Shown here: positions 11,521 to 25,700 of the stretch, piece by piece | Numbering within the stretch: the stretch's first letter is position 1 | How the letters are laid out: each line of letters starts with the position of its first letter | Source: Utricularia gibba | Lineage: Eukaryota > Plantae > Magnoliophyta | Direction: 5' to 3' | DNA: 64,000 nt | NCBI GenBank assembly: GCA_002189035.1 | Contig: CM007989.1 | Coordinates: 7,378,001 to 7,442,000, forward strand | The notes under the pieces: model-generated | The model's database searches: none | Told to the model about the DNA's origin: nothing | What the model saw: only the letters and a program-made list of their open reading frames with translations | Program-made: the position numbers and the translations under genes

Positions 11521-14500
11521 TAAGTTCAAATCCACTGTCTGAACGCTTCTCAACTGCTGCGCCCCTACGCACTGCGCCTCTAACCACAGCTCGGCGCGAA
11601 AGACAAAATAGGATCCACAGTGGGTTCGAATGCATGCATCCCAACAAGCATTTCATTGTTTTGAAGGGTGCGATTTAAATTTTTTTCAATGTGATATTAT
11701 TTGTTCTAAAAATCATTAAGTGAATTTCTTATTGATCTGATTAAAATTTGTTTTCTTATCCGAACTTTTAACCAGTATTAAAGCCATTTTTATTACTCAT
11801 ATTGTATCATAAGTTCAATACTATAATAATTATTAAAATTAATGATTTGATAGATTAGACGAACATGCATAAAAAGTATAAATACATAAAAAACATGAAT
11901 TACATTCAAAAAAAATTAGATTCATGTCATTAATAATAATTCATAATATTTTATATAATTGATGATATCATATGATATTGATTTGTGTGGTAATATGACT
12001 CCTACCTCTTCTTTTTGCTTCCCTATTAAAGTACAGCTTCTGGGGTCAGTCGTTTGCGACATGTCTCAGCCTAGGGCTGTGTGAACACCATGACAAGACA
12101 ATGAACAGTAAGAACCAAATTCTATTCCTTCTCAAACGAGAAGAAGTGGATGTTCACAATATGAAGCAGTTTAAGTTTGATATCTTACCAATCGGCCATC
12201 ATCACAACAGGGGTTTCTGGTACACATTCCCTCTTATATACAAGAACCCTCAACCTGCATAGACCACGGACCTAAAACTTGCCACCCCTTTTCAAATTAG
12301 CCACTCCCCGATCGAATTATCTTCATCACAAACAAGCATGAAGGGTCCAGATTGTACCTTGCAGTTTCATTATTAGTGAGTGTTTGATTCAAATAGTATT
12401 AAGTTTGGTACAATTACACGGATGTTTAAACAATAAAACCCGGATTTCTAAAGCTCCCATACACATTCGCATTTCCCGATGTTACCGAAAAGAATAAACC
12501 CTAATCTGTCGAGGATGGGTGTCCACTGGCTTGTTTAATTCAAAAGCTGATGCTGAGGTCGTCGCCCTCTGAGATCCCCTTTTTAAAATTTATTTTATAA
12601 TACAAATCTCCACGTGCTTTTTCGAAGCAATTTGACGCAAATAGGAACAATGTCTTTCCTCCAAGTTGCTTTTTTGTGTCAGCCTCGAGCCGATAAGGGA
12701 GCCCCGGAATTAATGATGATGCATTGATGGAAGTTTGAGCCTTCGGTAGGTGAATTGCAATAAGTGAATCAAATAAAAAAAATAATCGTATCAAGAAATA
12801 TTCTTAAAAAAAATTAGAGATGATGCGCATAGCCGCCTAATGCAAAAATTTACATTAGGATAAAAAATTTATATTGAGTTCTTTATATACATATCATTGG
12901 GCGATCAAATTTCTAAATATTGACCCTTGAAACTGTATTTTTCAAAAAATTTCTGCTATTTGAGTTTTCTTAATCATGCGATTTTGCTTTTAATCATATA
13001 TTTATAAACATATTGACATCTTATTGAGTTTTCTGGAGACAGAGTTGCATTAAGGTGACTGAATCTTGCAACTACATCATCTTGACATCTTTTTTAAGGA
13101 GGAAGCCACTGCAATCTAATTGGATGTTAAAAAAGAGAGAAAACATATGTTAAAAAAGGGGAGGGATAGGTTATGGGATTGGGAATTCAATGCCTCTTAC
13201 GCATTTCAATGCTTCTGAAGTCTTCACCTTCACCTCCTCCTAACCCTAGCTGTGCAGACTTCTGGGTTTCGATTTGTGCACATTTTGTCGTTTATGGGTT
13301 TCGCTTTCAGGTTATGTCCGTCCATCTGGAAAGCAAAACCTACAACTCTTTCCAACGTGAATCCCATATCCATCCAAGACCCTAAAGAGCCCATCGTTTT
13401 CGGCTACCAGAATTCGTGGGAAAAAGGTAAATGTTCTGCTTTCTTCTGGTTGCACGATCCCATTTTCATAGCAAAACTCAATCTTTTGCATGTAGTGCGA
13501 AATCCTGGTTAACAGTGTGCGGGATTACGCACTACCCACGACAAACTCACGCTTTTTTGTCCCCAATTTTCTCTGACTCGTCGCTAGGGTTTTCAACTTT
13601 TCCGGCATCATGGGTCACGCTGCCCACCGGCGGCGGCCACAGCGAAAATTTCTTTGCCTCCGATGACTTTGTGTCTAGGCCAAAACAAAATGTGCTTTTT
13701 TGCTGGTCTTTCTTCCCTGGAGTGCAATTGTACCAAGAAAAACTGCCAAACTTGTTGAATTTTTACAGCAACGAATCAATTCTTATTGGTCCCCAAACCC
13801 AAGCACTGCCTGAATGCTGATAATTGGTTCCCAGTTTCCAATTTCTTGAAAAAAAACCCAATAATCGACTGGCCACACACATTTAATGTTTAATATTATT
13901 ACATACGTGATTAACGTGATTTGATGTCCGATCAATTCACATCTAACATCAATCCTTTTCCATTAGGTCACCTATCAATTATCATCATCTAGATGTTGGA
14001 GAAACGTGAGCCATGTTACTCCGTTGTGGGTAAGAAGTTGCACGGTTCGGTAATGAACTTTGATTTCACCCCATACTCATTGACCTTTCATTGTCTTCTG
14101 CTACTTATCAAAATGATGCATTTAGTTGCTACATGTTTGCCTAAATACCATAATTAGTGGAAGGGCTTGGGTTTCAATCGCTGATCTCTTCCTCCTTAGT
14201 AAAAGCCCATCTTCATCAGGCTACAGTGCAAAGCTTTGTGTTTGTATTGAGTGGATTTCAGTTTTCATATCCTCACACGGGGACGATAAACAGTGCCAAA
14301 AGGAGCATCAATCAGAGAGAAACATAGCAGAAGTGTCACAGGGAAGGTGAACTGGATACAGAAATGGGGCTCTAGAGCTCACCTCAGACACTCTCTGTGT
14401 ACAACGCATGCAACATTCCCAATCCCTCTGAACTGTTGAACCTTTTGCAAGGCGTACCGCTGACCCCCCACTGAATGGGACTTTTGGAAACTGCAAAAGA

Positions 14501-17500
14501 TGAAATCTTTCATAAACTTCAAGTTAACAGTTTCGTTGAAGGCTTTTTCCAAGGTAAAACTATGATAGTGGAGCATGCAACGCAGAAGTAGAGTATGATT
14601 TGTTACATTTTATCTTGAACTTTGAGGATATGCCACATTAATTATGAATCGAGGAAGTAAAATGCTTAAATAGAAGGTTTTTGTTAATATTGTATGAGGT
14701 ATTTTTCATGAAAATAAAAAATATAAAAATATAAAAATTAGATATTTAAAACGAATAATATCATATAAAATAAGAATAAATCGTTAAATTTAATATCAAA
14801 TCCAAAAATGACACATACATTAAATTAGAAGATTCTATTTATTTAAGTACATCTCTTCCATGATGGTAATCAATGTGGTACATCAAATTAGAAGATTCTA
14901 TTTGATAATGTGAGATTTTATAATAAAAATATATTTAATAAATAAGTTTTTATCAAATAATTTTGTTATACATTAAATGTAAAATATATTTCATGATCTT
15001 ATAAATAACTATTTATTTTTTAAAACATATAATATTATTAATTATATGGCTTATTTAAGTCATATGCATAAGAGTTCTAAACTCACATCGTTACGTGTGT
15101 ATTATAAAGTGTATGATAACCCATGTTCTTATTTAATTAATCATACATAATTGTTAAAAGTTATAGTTTAAAATAAATTTTTTATCAAATAAAAATACTT
15201 GTATTTATATATTATATTTATGAAATACTATTTTTATGTATTAAATTAAATAAATATTGAATAAAAATATTTATTTTAATAAAAACAGGGCTATTTTACG
15301 AAAAATTACAAAAGAGAGCTATTTGGCAAACATTTATTTTGCACCGGGCTATATACCCAACGCACCCCGTGACATACCACCTATATCGCTCCATTTGGAA
15401 AACCATGCAAAAAACAAGCAAATTTTGGATGATTCTCGTTTGGGTTTTCCTCATGCTTCTTAGTTCCCGTGAAGCAGAAAATAAGACAACGTATTACTAT
15501 GAAAGAAGGCTCCTAATTGCCTTAGGAGCACTCATTGCATGTTGTACTAATGCTAATTGATGAAATTAAGGATGTAATGTATTGAATGAATATGTATATA
15601 AAGGTCATGTTTGAAAAAATTAAGTTTAATTGATTATGAGTTTTTTTTTTATAATTGTTTATATACTTGATTTCATAACTTTAATTTTTTAATATATTAT
15701 TTTTTGTCCTAATATATACTCTTATGTCAAACTGATCTTGATTCAATTAATACATGTTTTTTTGTGAAATAGTTAATATTAGAATTATAAATCGATCTAA
15801 TATTTATCCTCTAATTTTAATGATTCTACTTATTTTTTTTATCACCTAAATCATGACGTAAGTCAAGTACTTTAATACCATATTGAAATTAAGACTTCGA
15901 TGAGTTATACGAACATATGTATTACATCCAAATACGTAATAAATGTAAATTACATTACAAAGAATTAGACTAAATCGATTATTAGCAATATTTGATTTTT
16001 TATATGTTTGATCATATAGTATTATTCAATCATTATAATATTAATGTTCTATTGCGCCCTTGGACTTTTAGTGTCGGCTACTGTCCCAAGAGGTCATCGG
16101 TGACCATTCGGGTACTCATTGGTCGTGTGACCTGTTCCGGCATCCCATCTCCTATCACTATCTGATCGATCGCCCTTAGTCTCTTCATGTTGCATACCAT
16201 GGAATGCCACTGTAGAGAGGTCTCCAGGGATAAGTTTGGATTGGTTTGAATGGATAGGGATATCTGTATTTTATGTTACTTGGTGCAAGAGATTGTCCTT
16301 GTAGAAGAGAGAAGACAAGGTGGCTAGAAATTTTCCTTTTTTTTTCAAACAAATTCCTACATAATAAAACTAAATCCTTTCATTCCTTTCCCTTCAGCCA
16401 AAGGTGGCCTAAGGAATATCTTTTTTCTTGACCAGGAGACATTTGCCTAAGCACTTTGTGCTTGGATTCTCATGTATTATTAATATAGTTGCTTTACTTA
16501 TCAAAATAAATAATATTACATCGAAAAATGAAAGTGAAATAATTAAATATATAATTAGTTGAGTTTAATTTTTTTTAATATGATTCATTTTATTTGTTTC
16601 TTAAACTTCACATGTACACATTCGAATCATTGAATCTTTAATTTGAATATCATGGCTCCATGCTTGAGGGCTTTCTCACCTGAGCTTAGTTCTACCCAAC
16701 ACTTTCTTTTTACGGATTTCTTCCCCAACACTTGGTATTCCGTCTGTCTTCGTCCAGACGTGCTTATTCGAATACGATTTTGCATCGCCCCGGCAGGATC
16801 GGTAAATTGTCTATTACAGGCATTATGTATGAATATCTTTTCTACTCGTGTTCATTAAATAAATATATTTTGTTTGGTGAGGCATTTCTTTTTACGGCAT
16901 TTTGTAGGGGAGCCATGAGACAAGGGACCTGGTCGCGAAGATAGCAGCGAGCGGCTCGTAAGATGCATCATCAGTCAGTCTTTCTGCAACGACACATGGC
17001 TGCTGCTGATGCTTCTGCGGCACAGGTTGAATGATAGAACTGAAATGAGCTGTCCTGCTTGCCGTTTTGGTCCATGGCATCTGGACCATTTCCTTGTATA
17101 AATAACATATCCTTGAAAGATAAGTTAAAGAATTCTGTAGAAAGAAGCATTTTGAGGTGTGGAATAGCTTGTCGCGCAGCTAGCCTTATTTCTTCTTATC
17201 TGGGCTTCAACTTGAAAGTGAATCACCCAACATGTCTCCGTTGCTGGTCATCCTGTCTGTGACTGCTATTATAACAAAACAATACCAAATTGATAAATGA
17301 AATTAAAATAAATACATATAAAGTTATAGATTACTATTAATAGATTATATCTAATCTTTTCTAATATGATTTATGTTTTTTATATATTTAGGTTTGGATT
17401 TTATGTGTGTTTATTAGAATTATTGGATCTTTATTTTCAGTATGATATCAAATCATTTGTTTCACGATACAATTTGGATAACTAACATTGTTTTCGTATT

Positions 17501-20302
17501 AGTTCAAGTGTTAATCGGATCACTAATAATCGATTATATAAAATCTTTTTTAATATTATTTATATTTATTATATATTTAAGTTTTACTTGTATTTATTCG
17601 ATATATCGAATCCTTAATTCCAATAACTTGTGAATGGGTTCGCCCCCAACCCCAGTCGGCAGAGAGAGAGAGAGATATGATCAGCCATGGTCAAATGCAT
17701 GTATCTTGGATCCATTTCTACCTGAAGAACAGACACAAGTACCAAACAGGTAAGGGGATGGGGCTGTACGATCGATCTCTTGTAATGATATCCATTATCC
17801 ATCTACCTCATCCTCATGCCATGTCTTGTCTCTCTATTCATTACTCAGGAGCAGTAGTTCCGACCCCTCGATCTCTCAAAGGTCAATACGCCTGAACTCA
17901 GACAACATGTGAGACCCACTTCAAGGGCCAGAGCACGAGCACGAGCACGAGCACGTGATGTAAATCTCCAAGTCCACGTAAATAGGACTTTTTAAATGTA
18001 TTATAGAAAAAATGATATAATGAAAGTGAAATAATCAAGTATATAAAAAATTACAAATAACAAATAATCGATTGAACCTAATCTTTTATTCATGTTTCTT
18101 GTATAATTGGACTTTACGTGTGCCCCGATCCTGAATTTCAACAAAAACAAGCAATCAAACCATGATACCAAAAACTTCAATTTTCGTCTTCTTCCAGAAG
18201 ACTGTTCAGTCTGAGACTGTTCAAATAAATGTCAACTGTCGTGACAAAAAAATTTCTGTAGAGATTGCAAGATGAACGAATGGTAATCATATATTCCAAT
18301 GGAAAGGTTACGATTGTATGTATATCATGACTCATATGGAATGTACCATTACAATTCTAATGGAATAGATTGAAGTAAAATACAAATTCATACATGGCTT
18401 GGAAATTCATTATTAAATTTCTATCTTTCAATCTCAGAGGCGCGTGAATATTGCATGTTAATCATTTGAAAATAATTTTTCTTTAGGAAAAATTCGGCGA
18501 CAAATGGTGCTCGTATGAAGCCAGCCACTCCCACAAATACATTTTCTTACACTATAAATATAAATATAAATTACTGAAAACGAAACCATTTTCTTGTGGT
18601 TGCTTTGAAGCCTGCAGGGAAACACCATGACTGATGCGGGTGGGCATTTGGGCCCTTGATGGCGGCCCAAAGTGTGGGCTCGGGCCGCCAGCCCACTGGT
18701 GTAGCTTGGGAGAATATAGATTGTTATATAACTTAATATGAGAATATAAGTATAGTTTTTAGTCGTGTAGAAATTAAATAATATTATTTTTTAATTAATC
18801 TGTTATTTAGTTAAAGAATTCAATAGTTTTTAGGTTAATCTCATAATTAAATAATATAACATATGTAAATTCCAAGTATATATCGTAATATTGTTCCATA
18901 ACATCTTTCCTTATTAATTTTGTACAAATAGTAACAGCATGGCTCAGTTAATATTAATCTGCATATGCTTATGAATGAGGAGATTTCAGCTTCATTTTCT
19001 GAAAAATATTATGCATTTGTGGGCTGGATTTGTTGGAAAGGGATTCTTGATCATTCAAGTTCCACCCTCAAGCAGATTTCAAGAGAAGAGTCAACAGTCT
19101 GGTCATCAGCCCAATAAGCACACTGAAGGCTCACATCAGTATCTGTTACCTTTTGTGAAAAGTTCTGCAGGCTGTGGCTGCTGGAGAAATGAGTGTGAAG
19201 ACAAAGATTTCACTGCAGTCAGTGCCCCAAAAGCTTTTAACTGCAGTGGAGGTAGATGCACATAAATAGGGTTTCAACAACGCACTTGGACCACTTGATC
19301 TAACCAGCGATCATCAACTCCTGTAAGTTGAGCTTCTGGGTTGTCTTGGAAATGCTTGCAGAGATGCGCGATCATCAGCGGCGATACGACTGGTTCTGAG
19401 TATCTTTTTGTCGATTAGGGGATAAACGCATCTCTCGTTTTGTGCTAAAAGAACTCTACCTAGACTCTGGTGTAGCCTGATACTTACATAAATGAGTGTT
19501 AATGGTGAATCGGGAGGGTGACTTTTTGTTTATATCTGTTGAGACTCTGCTCACGCACCTTCATCCACATCAACTCCTCCATTAAAAACAACCCTACAAA
19601 GAAGCATCTTACCAACAGACATGGGCATTTCACGTCAGTGTTATGAGATCGAACATGGGAATGGAGGATTTGGGGATGGAACAAGAATGAAGTGTTCCAA
19701 GAACATAAAGTTGAAACCTTGGACTTAACAAAAAGAAGTACTAAGAGTAGAACAAAGTAGCATAGGGGGTTTGCATTGCAATATTCAGCCTCCCCCACTG
19801 TGAGGCTAGGGGGTCCCCTCCCCTAACCATGCCCTCGAACGAGACGAGTGCCCACGGAGCTCCGGCAATGGAGCTCATTGATTACAGTCAACATTAGCTC
19901 TCTTAATGGCATACTCACCACTGTGAAGCTAAAAGTGATGACAATCCATTTGAACCAAAGAGAATTGCATGTATGAGTAAACTTTTTTAGTATTTGTAGT
20001 AGGGAGTCGAAACAAAAAAAATGTGAAATTTTGCCTGTCAACTGTCGACATTCCAACGGCTCGGGGATCAACGGCGCATATTCCCACTCACTGAAATCAA
20101 TGGCTCTAAGATCTTCTCTTCTCTGCCATTCCAGTTGACAGTTATAGCGCGGTTTCAGAATCAGACCTACCGACAGAACCGGAGGCATCACAATCGTCCA
20201 CGTGTCATGATCGAATTATAGTAATGAATTTGCCTACGTCGTGCACATAATAAGTAGCTGATTCTCTCATCAGACCGCCATTGTTTCCGGCGAGACAGAA
20301 AT

Positions 20303-22408
20303 ATGGGGATTTTCTACTACTTGGTGTTCGGGATTCTGGCCGCGGTGGTGGCGGCATTGGAGCTCGGAAAGAGCAACAAGGATCGGATCAACACGCCCTC
20401 AGCTTTCAATTCGTTCAAGAACAATTACCTGGTGGTGTACTCGCTAATGATGGGTGAGCGCATTCATTCCCAATCGAAATCTCCAGATCCGGTGTCTTTT
20501 TTTTTTTTTTTTGCCTTCTGGGTTTTCATTTTTCTTTGTTTTTGTGTTTGGCGATGCGATTGAAAGCTCCTGGTTCTGATACCCAAGTAATTTGTGGGAG
20601 AAGAGAAGAAGCTCATTTGAGCATGTATTTCTTCTTGTGATGAATGGTTGATGTTTTGCTTTGATGGTGGAAACAGCTGGTGACTGGCTGCAAGGTCCAT
20701 ATGTTTACTACCTCTACCAAACATATGGTTTCGGGAAAGGAGAAATTGGGCAGCTTTTCATTGCTGGATTCGGGTCATCCATGTTGTTTGGAACCATCGT
20801 TGGATCTCTAGCTGATAAGCAGTGAGTTCAGTTTGCTACATCAAACTCTTTAGGTACTGATTCTCGCTAAAATCTACCTCCCTTTTCACTTCTGGCTCGA
20901 AATCGCAGGGGGAGGAAACGAGCTTCTATCACTTACTGCATAACTTATATATTGAGCTGCATGACCAAGCATTCTTCCCAGTACAGAGTCTTGATGGTGG
21001 GGCGCATTTTGGGTGGCATTGCAACATCTCTTTTGTTCTCTGCATTCGAGTCATGGCTGGTGGCAGAGCACTTCAAGGTCAGCTTGTGACTGGTTCTGTT
21101 CTTCCAGCTACGATCTTGTGCATCAAAAGTTGAACCTTTTTATCTGCAGAGAAATTTTGATCCTCAGTGGCTGTCATTGACCTTCTCGAAGGCGATATTC
21201 CTGGGGAATGGGCTGGTTGCAATCCTGTCTGGTCTTTTTGGAAACCTGCTGGTAGATGCTCTGAATCTGGGACCTGTTTCACCCTTTGATGCTGCCTCTG
21301 TGTTTCTAGCTATTGGACTGGCAATTATCATTGCATCATGGACGGAGAACTATGGAGACCCTTCGGAAAGCAAAGACCTTCTGACTCAATTCAAGGGTGC
21401 AGCTGTAGCCATTGCTTCAGGTATTTGTAATATGTTGAACAGATGGCAGATAGGTTCTTCTCAGGAGAACAAACTCAGAGATGTGACAACCGTTTACTTT
21501 CAGATGAGAGAATTGCTCTACTTGGTGCTATACAGTCTCTCTTTGAAGGCTCCATGTATACATTTGTGTTCCTCTGGACACCTGCTCTGAGCCCCAATGG
21601 TGAAGAGATTCCCCATGGCTTCATTTTTGCCACTTTCATGCTGGCTTCGATGTTGGGCAGCTCAATTGCAGCTAGACTGCTGGCCCGGAACTTCATTAGA
21701 GTGGAGAACTACATGCAGATAGTGTTTCTTATTTCCTCTGCCTCCCTACTGCTGCCCATTGTGACTAACGTATGGTTTCATTTTCTACCAAATTTTTCCC
21801 CTCTTCTTGCTTGACTAGCTTCATCTAACTTCTGGCTTCTCACTTCTAGTTCTTCCTGCCCACAGTCAAGACAGCAGGGGTCAGCATTCCCCTCAGTAGC
21901 TCGCTTCAACTTCTTGGATTTTGTACATTTGAAGCCTGTGTAGGGATTTTCTGGCCCTCTATTATGAAGATGAGATCTCAGTACATTCCTGAAGAGTCTC
22001 GGAGCACCATCATGAACTTCTTCCGCATACCACTGAATATATTTGTTTGCATCGTGCTATACAACGTACGTCTCCCCCCTCTGAGCCTTCTACACCTGTC
22101 TTCCCATGGTTTTCTGAATGCAGTTTCTGGTGTCTGTAGGTTGATGCTTTTCCCATAACTGTCATGTTCGGCATGTGCTCGATTTTCCTCTTCATGGCCT
22201 CCATACTACAGAGACGCCTCGCAGCCATCGGAGAGAAACCAAGTGAGTACCACGGGCTATGACCAGTTCCGGTAGGACTGGTATGAAAAACAGATGATGA
22301 GTGCTGCTGAACCGTTTCTTCTCTTTTATTGTTTTGACCTACACAGAGAGTGAAGAGTTGAGCATGATGGCTAAAAACGATGAAGCCGAGCCACTAAATC
22401 ATGCCTAG
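20303..22408 (+). CDS. MFSD5: Major facilitator superfamily molybdate-anion transporter (MFSD5/DUF791 family)
   Basis: Exons 20303-20453, 20677-20821, 20909-21077, 21150-21420, 21504-21769, 21850-22065, 22140-22240 and 22347-22408, in frame. Family motifs: FKNNYLVVYSLMMAGDWLQGPYVYYLY, GSLADKQGRKR, LLFSAFESW, FEGSMYTFVFLWTPAL, PEESRSTIMNFFRIPLN. Confidence 0.95.
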
Positions 22409-22769
22409 TTCACAAGTTTTAGCCATAAATCTTCATTCTTCCACGAAGATAAGATTTGGAAGATCAGCTTCAGAAAGAAAACTTTGGGGCTGACAGAGAG
22501 ACAGGATGAGTCGCACTCTAAATGTAATAGCGCAAAGGAATGTAGCCATTTTTTTTTCTTCAGAAGAAAGTGGGAGTTTTCTTTCCTTTTTTTAGACACG
22601 CTACCAAGGTTTCTCCTGTAGGCTACAACACATGTGCTCGGAAAATTTTCCCAATGCAGAGCTGAGTCATCTGATATGAATCATGAAGAATGAATTCTAT
22701 AATCCACCACTGAGTGTATACAAAAAGAATGAAGTCCAGGGAAATTCTATCTGCATAACATTAGTTTCT

Positions 22770-25700
22770 TCATCTAAATTCAGTTGGTAACAAAGCGAGC
22801 GCTGATTGAATCAGCTTTTCCAGCTTACCAACCAAACTGGAAACAGTATTCTGCAAAGGTTCAAAGGACTTTGCGGCAGCTTCCCAAGACTCATTTGCCT
22901 TCACTTGTTGCAACACCGTTGACAAATACTTCCGCAGGTTCGCATCGCCCGTATTCATCAAGCTCAATGATGGATTCGTATGCATGAATCTGGTCACCAT
23001 GAAGCTTCCAAGAATGTGCTGATCTGCCTTCACAATCTCAGCTATGAAGCACGGGAAAAGAATAGCGGCGAAGAGAAAATCCAAATCTTTTTTTTCCTCA
23101 GATTCTTGTTCAGTAGTAGCAGTTGACTGTGCCTTCTTAAACCGATGGAGGAGGTTGCCGGCCATGAAATTCAGGTAGGAAAATGTGTTTCCATGAGAAG
23201 CTTCTGATGCTATGGTCGATAAAATTCCAGATGACAGTATGAGAAGGAACAAGACAACATCCTGGGAAATGTCGTCAGAAATGCCTCCTTCGGTTAGCTT
23301 CTTTTCCACAGCATCTAAGCATTGCAGATGCAGTGTTCTAAATGGAAGCAACAATGCTATCTTTAAAGCTAAAAAACAATCCAGCTCTATGACTGCTTGA
23401 ATTAGATGGCATCCACCGTTTTCATCAAGGACAGTATCACGATTTTTGGCTGATTTTTGGTCCAGCAATTTTATCATCCATTCATGATTGGACAGTGTGA
23501 GAAGTTTCTCCAGAATTATACCCCAACAAAGATGCAGAGGATGAACAGATGGTTCCCTGCTTCCTAAAGCTTCTTCCTTGCTATATTCATCTTGAAAGCT
23601 CTCCCACCCTTCATCCCAGTCGTCATTGCCGAAGACATCTGAAGCATCATTCACATCGGTAGAATCACTAGGCAATTTTCCATTCACAAAAAGACTCTCC
23701 CACTCAGCCAATATATCAATTAGATATTGAACATGCGAATCACAGGTGGCCATATCTGCCATTTTTCTGAAGCAAGAAACTGCAGAATCGACAGAACGTA
23801 AGTTGTCTGGTGTAATCTCCAGAGCAGGGGAGATAGATGAAGCCAGCTGTGATGATTTCAAGGCCACAAATCTACAAGATACATCTCTTGCAGGGGGCTC
23901 ATCGGATGAGTTCTCAAGATTCCCACTTCTCTCCTCGACATCATCCCACCCTTCCCACAGCAAAACAGATGTCTGACCATTTGAAGATAAACCATGGAAG
24001 TCTTTCTTACGGCCAGAGATAATCTGCATGAGCTCCAATGCACGCACTCTAAGATGGCTTGGCAGCTGCATGTCATCACAGAACAATGTCATCCTGTCCC
24101 AGATGGCGATCCTTGTTCTCTTTAAATCCTCCAAGTTTCCTTCAAGTCTACTCATAGACGAGAGTAACAACAGCAAGCTATTGAATCCAAGGGATTCACA
24201 AGCTATTTCATGCAAAGTATTTTCTAGTATCCTCAGATACAGGTTTGGAAGATCTCGGATGCCAACAGATAATTCTGTGATGCTAGTAATCGACAACAAT
24301 CCAGGTGGAGACTGTGCCAAAATTTCATTAACGACACAACCTATAGCTTCAAATTTGCATCCTCCAAAAACCATTGCTATGCAAAAATTATATGCTTCAA
24401 CAGCATCGTTTGATTTAAGACCATAGAGCACATAATTGACAAGAGTACACCAACCCTGACTAGCTGAGACTGTATCCTTGACAATCAAATCTAGAAAAAC
24501 ACTCAGGCACAAACGCAAACAACCTGGATAGAACCTTTCCACTAAAATATTTTCTGACATCAGCACCTCCCAATGATTCATCAATCTTATCAAGATACGT
24601 ATGAGTTTTACAGGGCATTCCTTGTCAATGCTCTCAGAATTCATGATCTTCAAATTCTCGTCAAGGAGTATGATCAAGTGGAAAATTCGCTGCCCTATGT
24701 GCGATGAATCTGGATATCCAATGACACCCATATATTTTTCATATATATCATACACCAATTCAATCTCATCTATGAAAGAACACACATTTTCTGTTCTTTG
24801 TATTATCTCATCCCCTTCAGCTTTACCCTCTAAAGTTACCAACAAGCTTAACAGATAGTGGGCGTACACAGATTTCCATGGTAAAAGATCCTCAGGTACT
24901 GCACTGGCATACATATACCAAAAGTTCTGAACCATTCTGGCCAAGGCTTCCACCGTATTTTCATCTATATGGGAATAGACTTCAGTCTTTAAGCAGCTAA
25001 AATTTAGATCATTCAAACAGGCAACATTCTTGAAATCCAGACGTTTAATAAATGAAACCTTGATGCATTCTTCCGCAACTGTTTTGCAGAATAGAGAAAG
25101 CTGGACAGCACTTGTTTGTACTAATTGCTGATCTGCTGGACCTGGAGGCCCGCCAAGATCTTCTCTTCGCATGTAACATTCAGCGAGTAATCCATAGACA
25201 AATGCAAGCCTCTCCTTATCACACCCATCGATGAAAATGTACACAGACGAAAGGGATCCAATGACTTCTCCAGCAGAACGGAGTATATCTTCCTTAAAAC
25301 CTGAAACTTCTGCCGCAATGTCTCCCACAGTCCATGCCTCAGAAACAAGTACGCTTTTCAGATAATGTAGAAGGACCTTTAAAAAAAAGCAAATCACGAA
25401 CAAGAAAAATCCGTCAACACACCAAATTAGCCAAAACTAAGAGAGAGAATTCAGAGGAAATATCGCACCTTCCTGTGATCCAAGCCATAGTTTTGAGCCA
25501 GCATAAGAGCATCATTCAAGACATTCTTTTTCTCCACTTTAACCGCATCAATGAAAGAAAAGATAACACTCTGTATGTAGTCAGCATCTGCAGAAAGAAA
25601 TCTAGTGGCCTCCACTCCAGGAATTAGATCTTGTAATTCCCGTGATCTATCAGCTATGTTCTTTTGTTGCTCTAGCTTGATTTTCCACTCTTTCCAAAAT

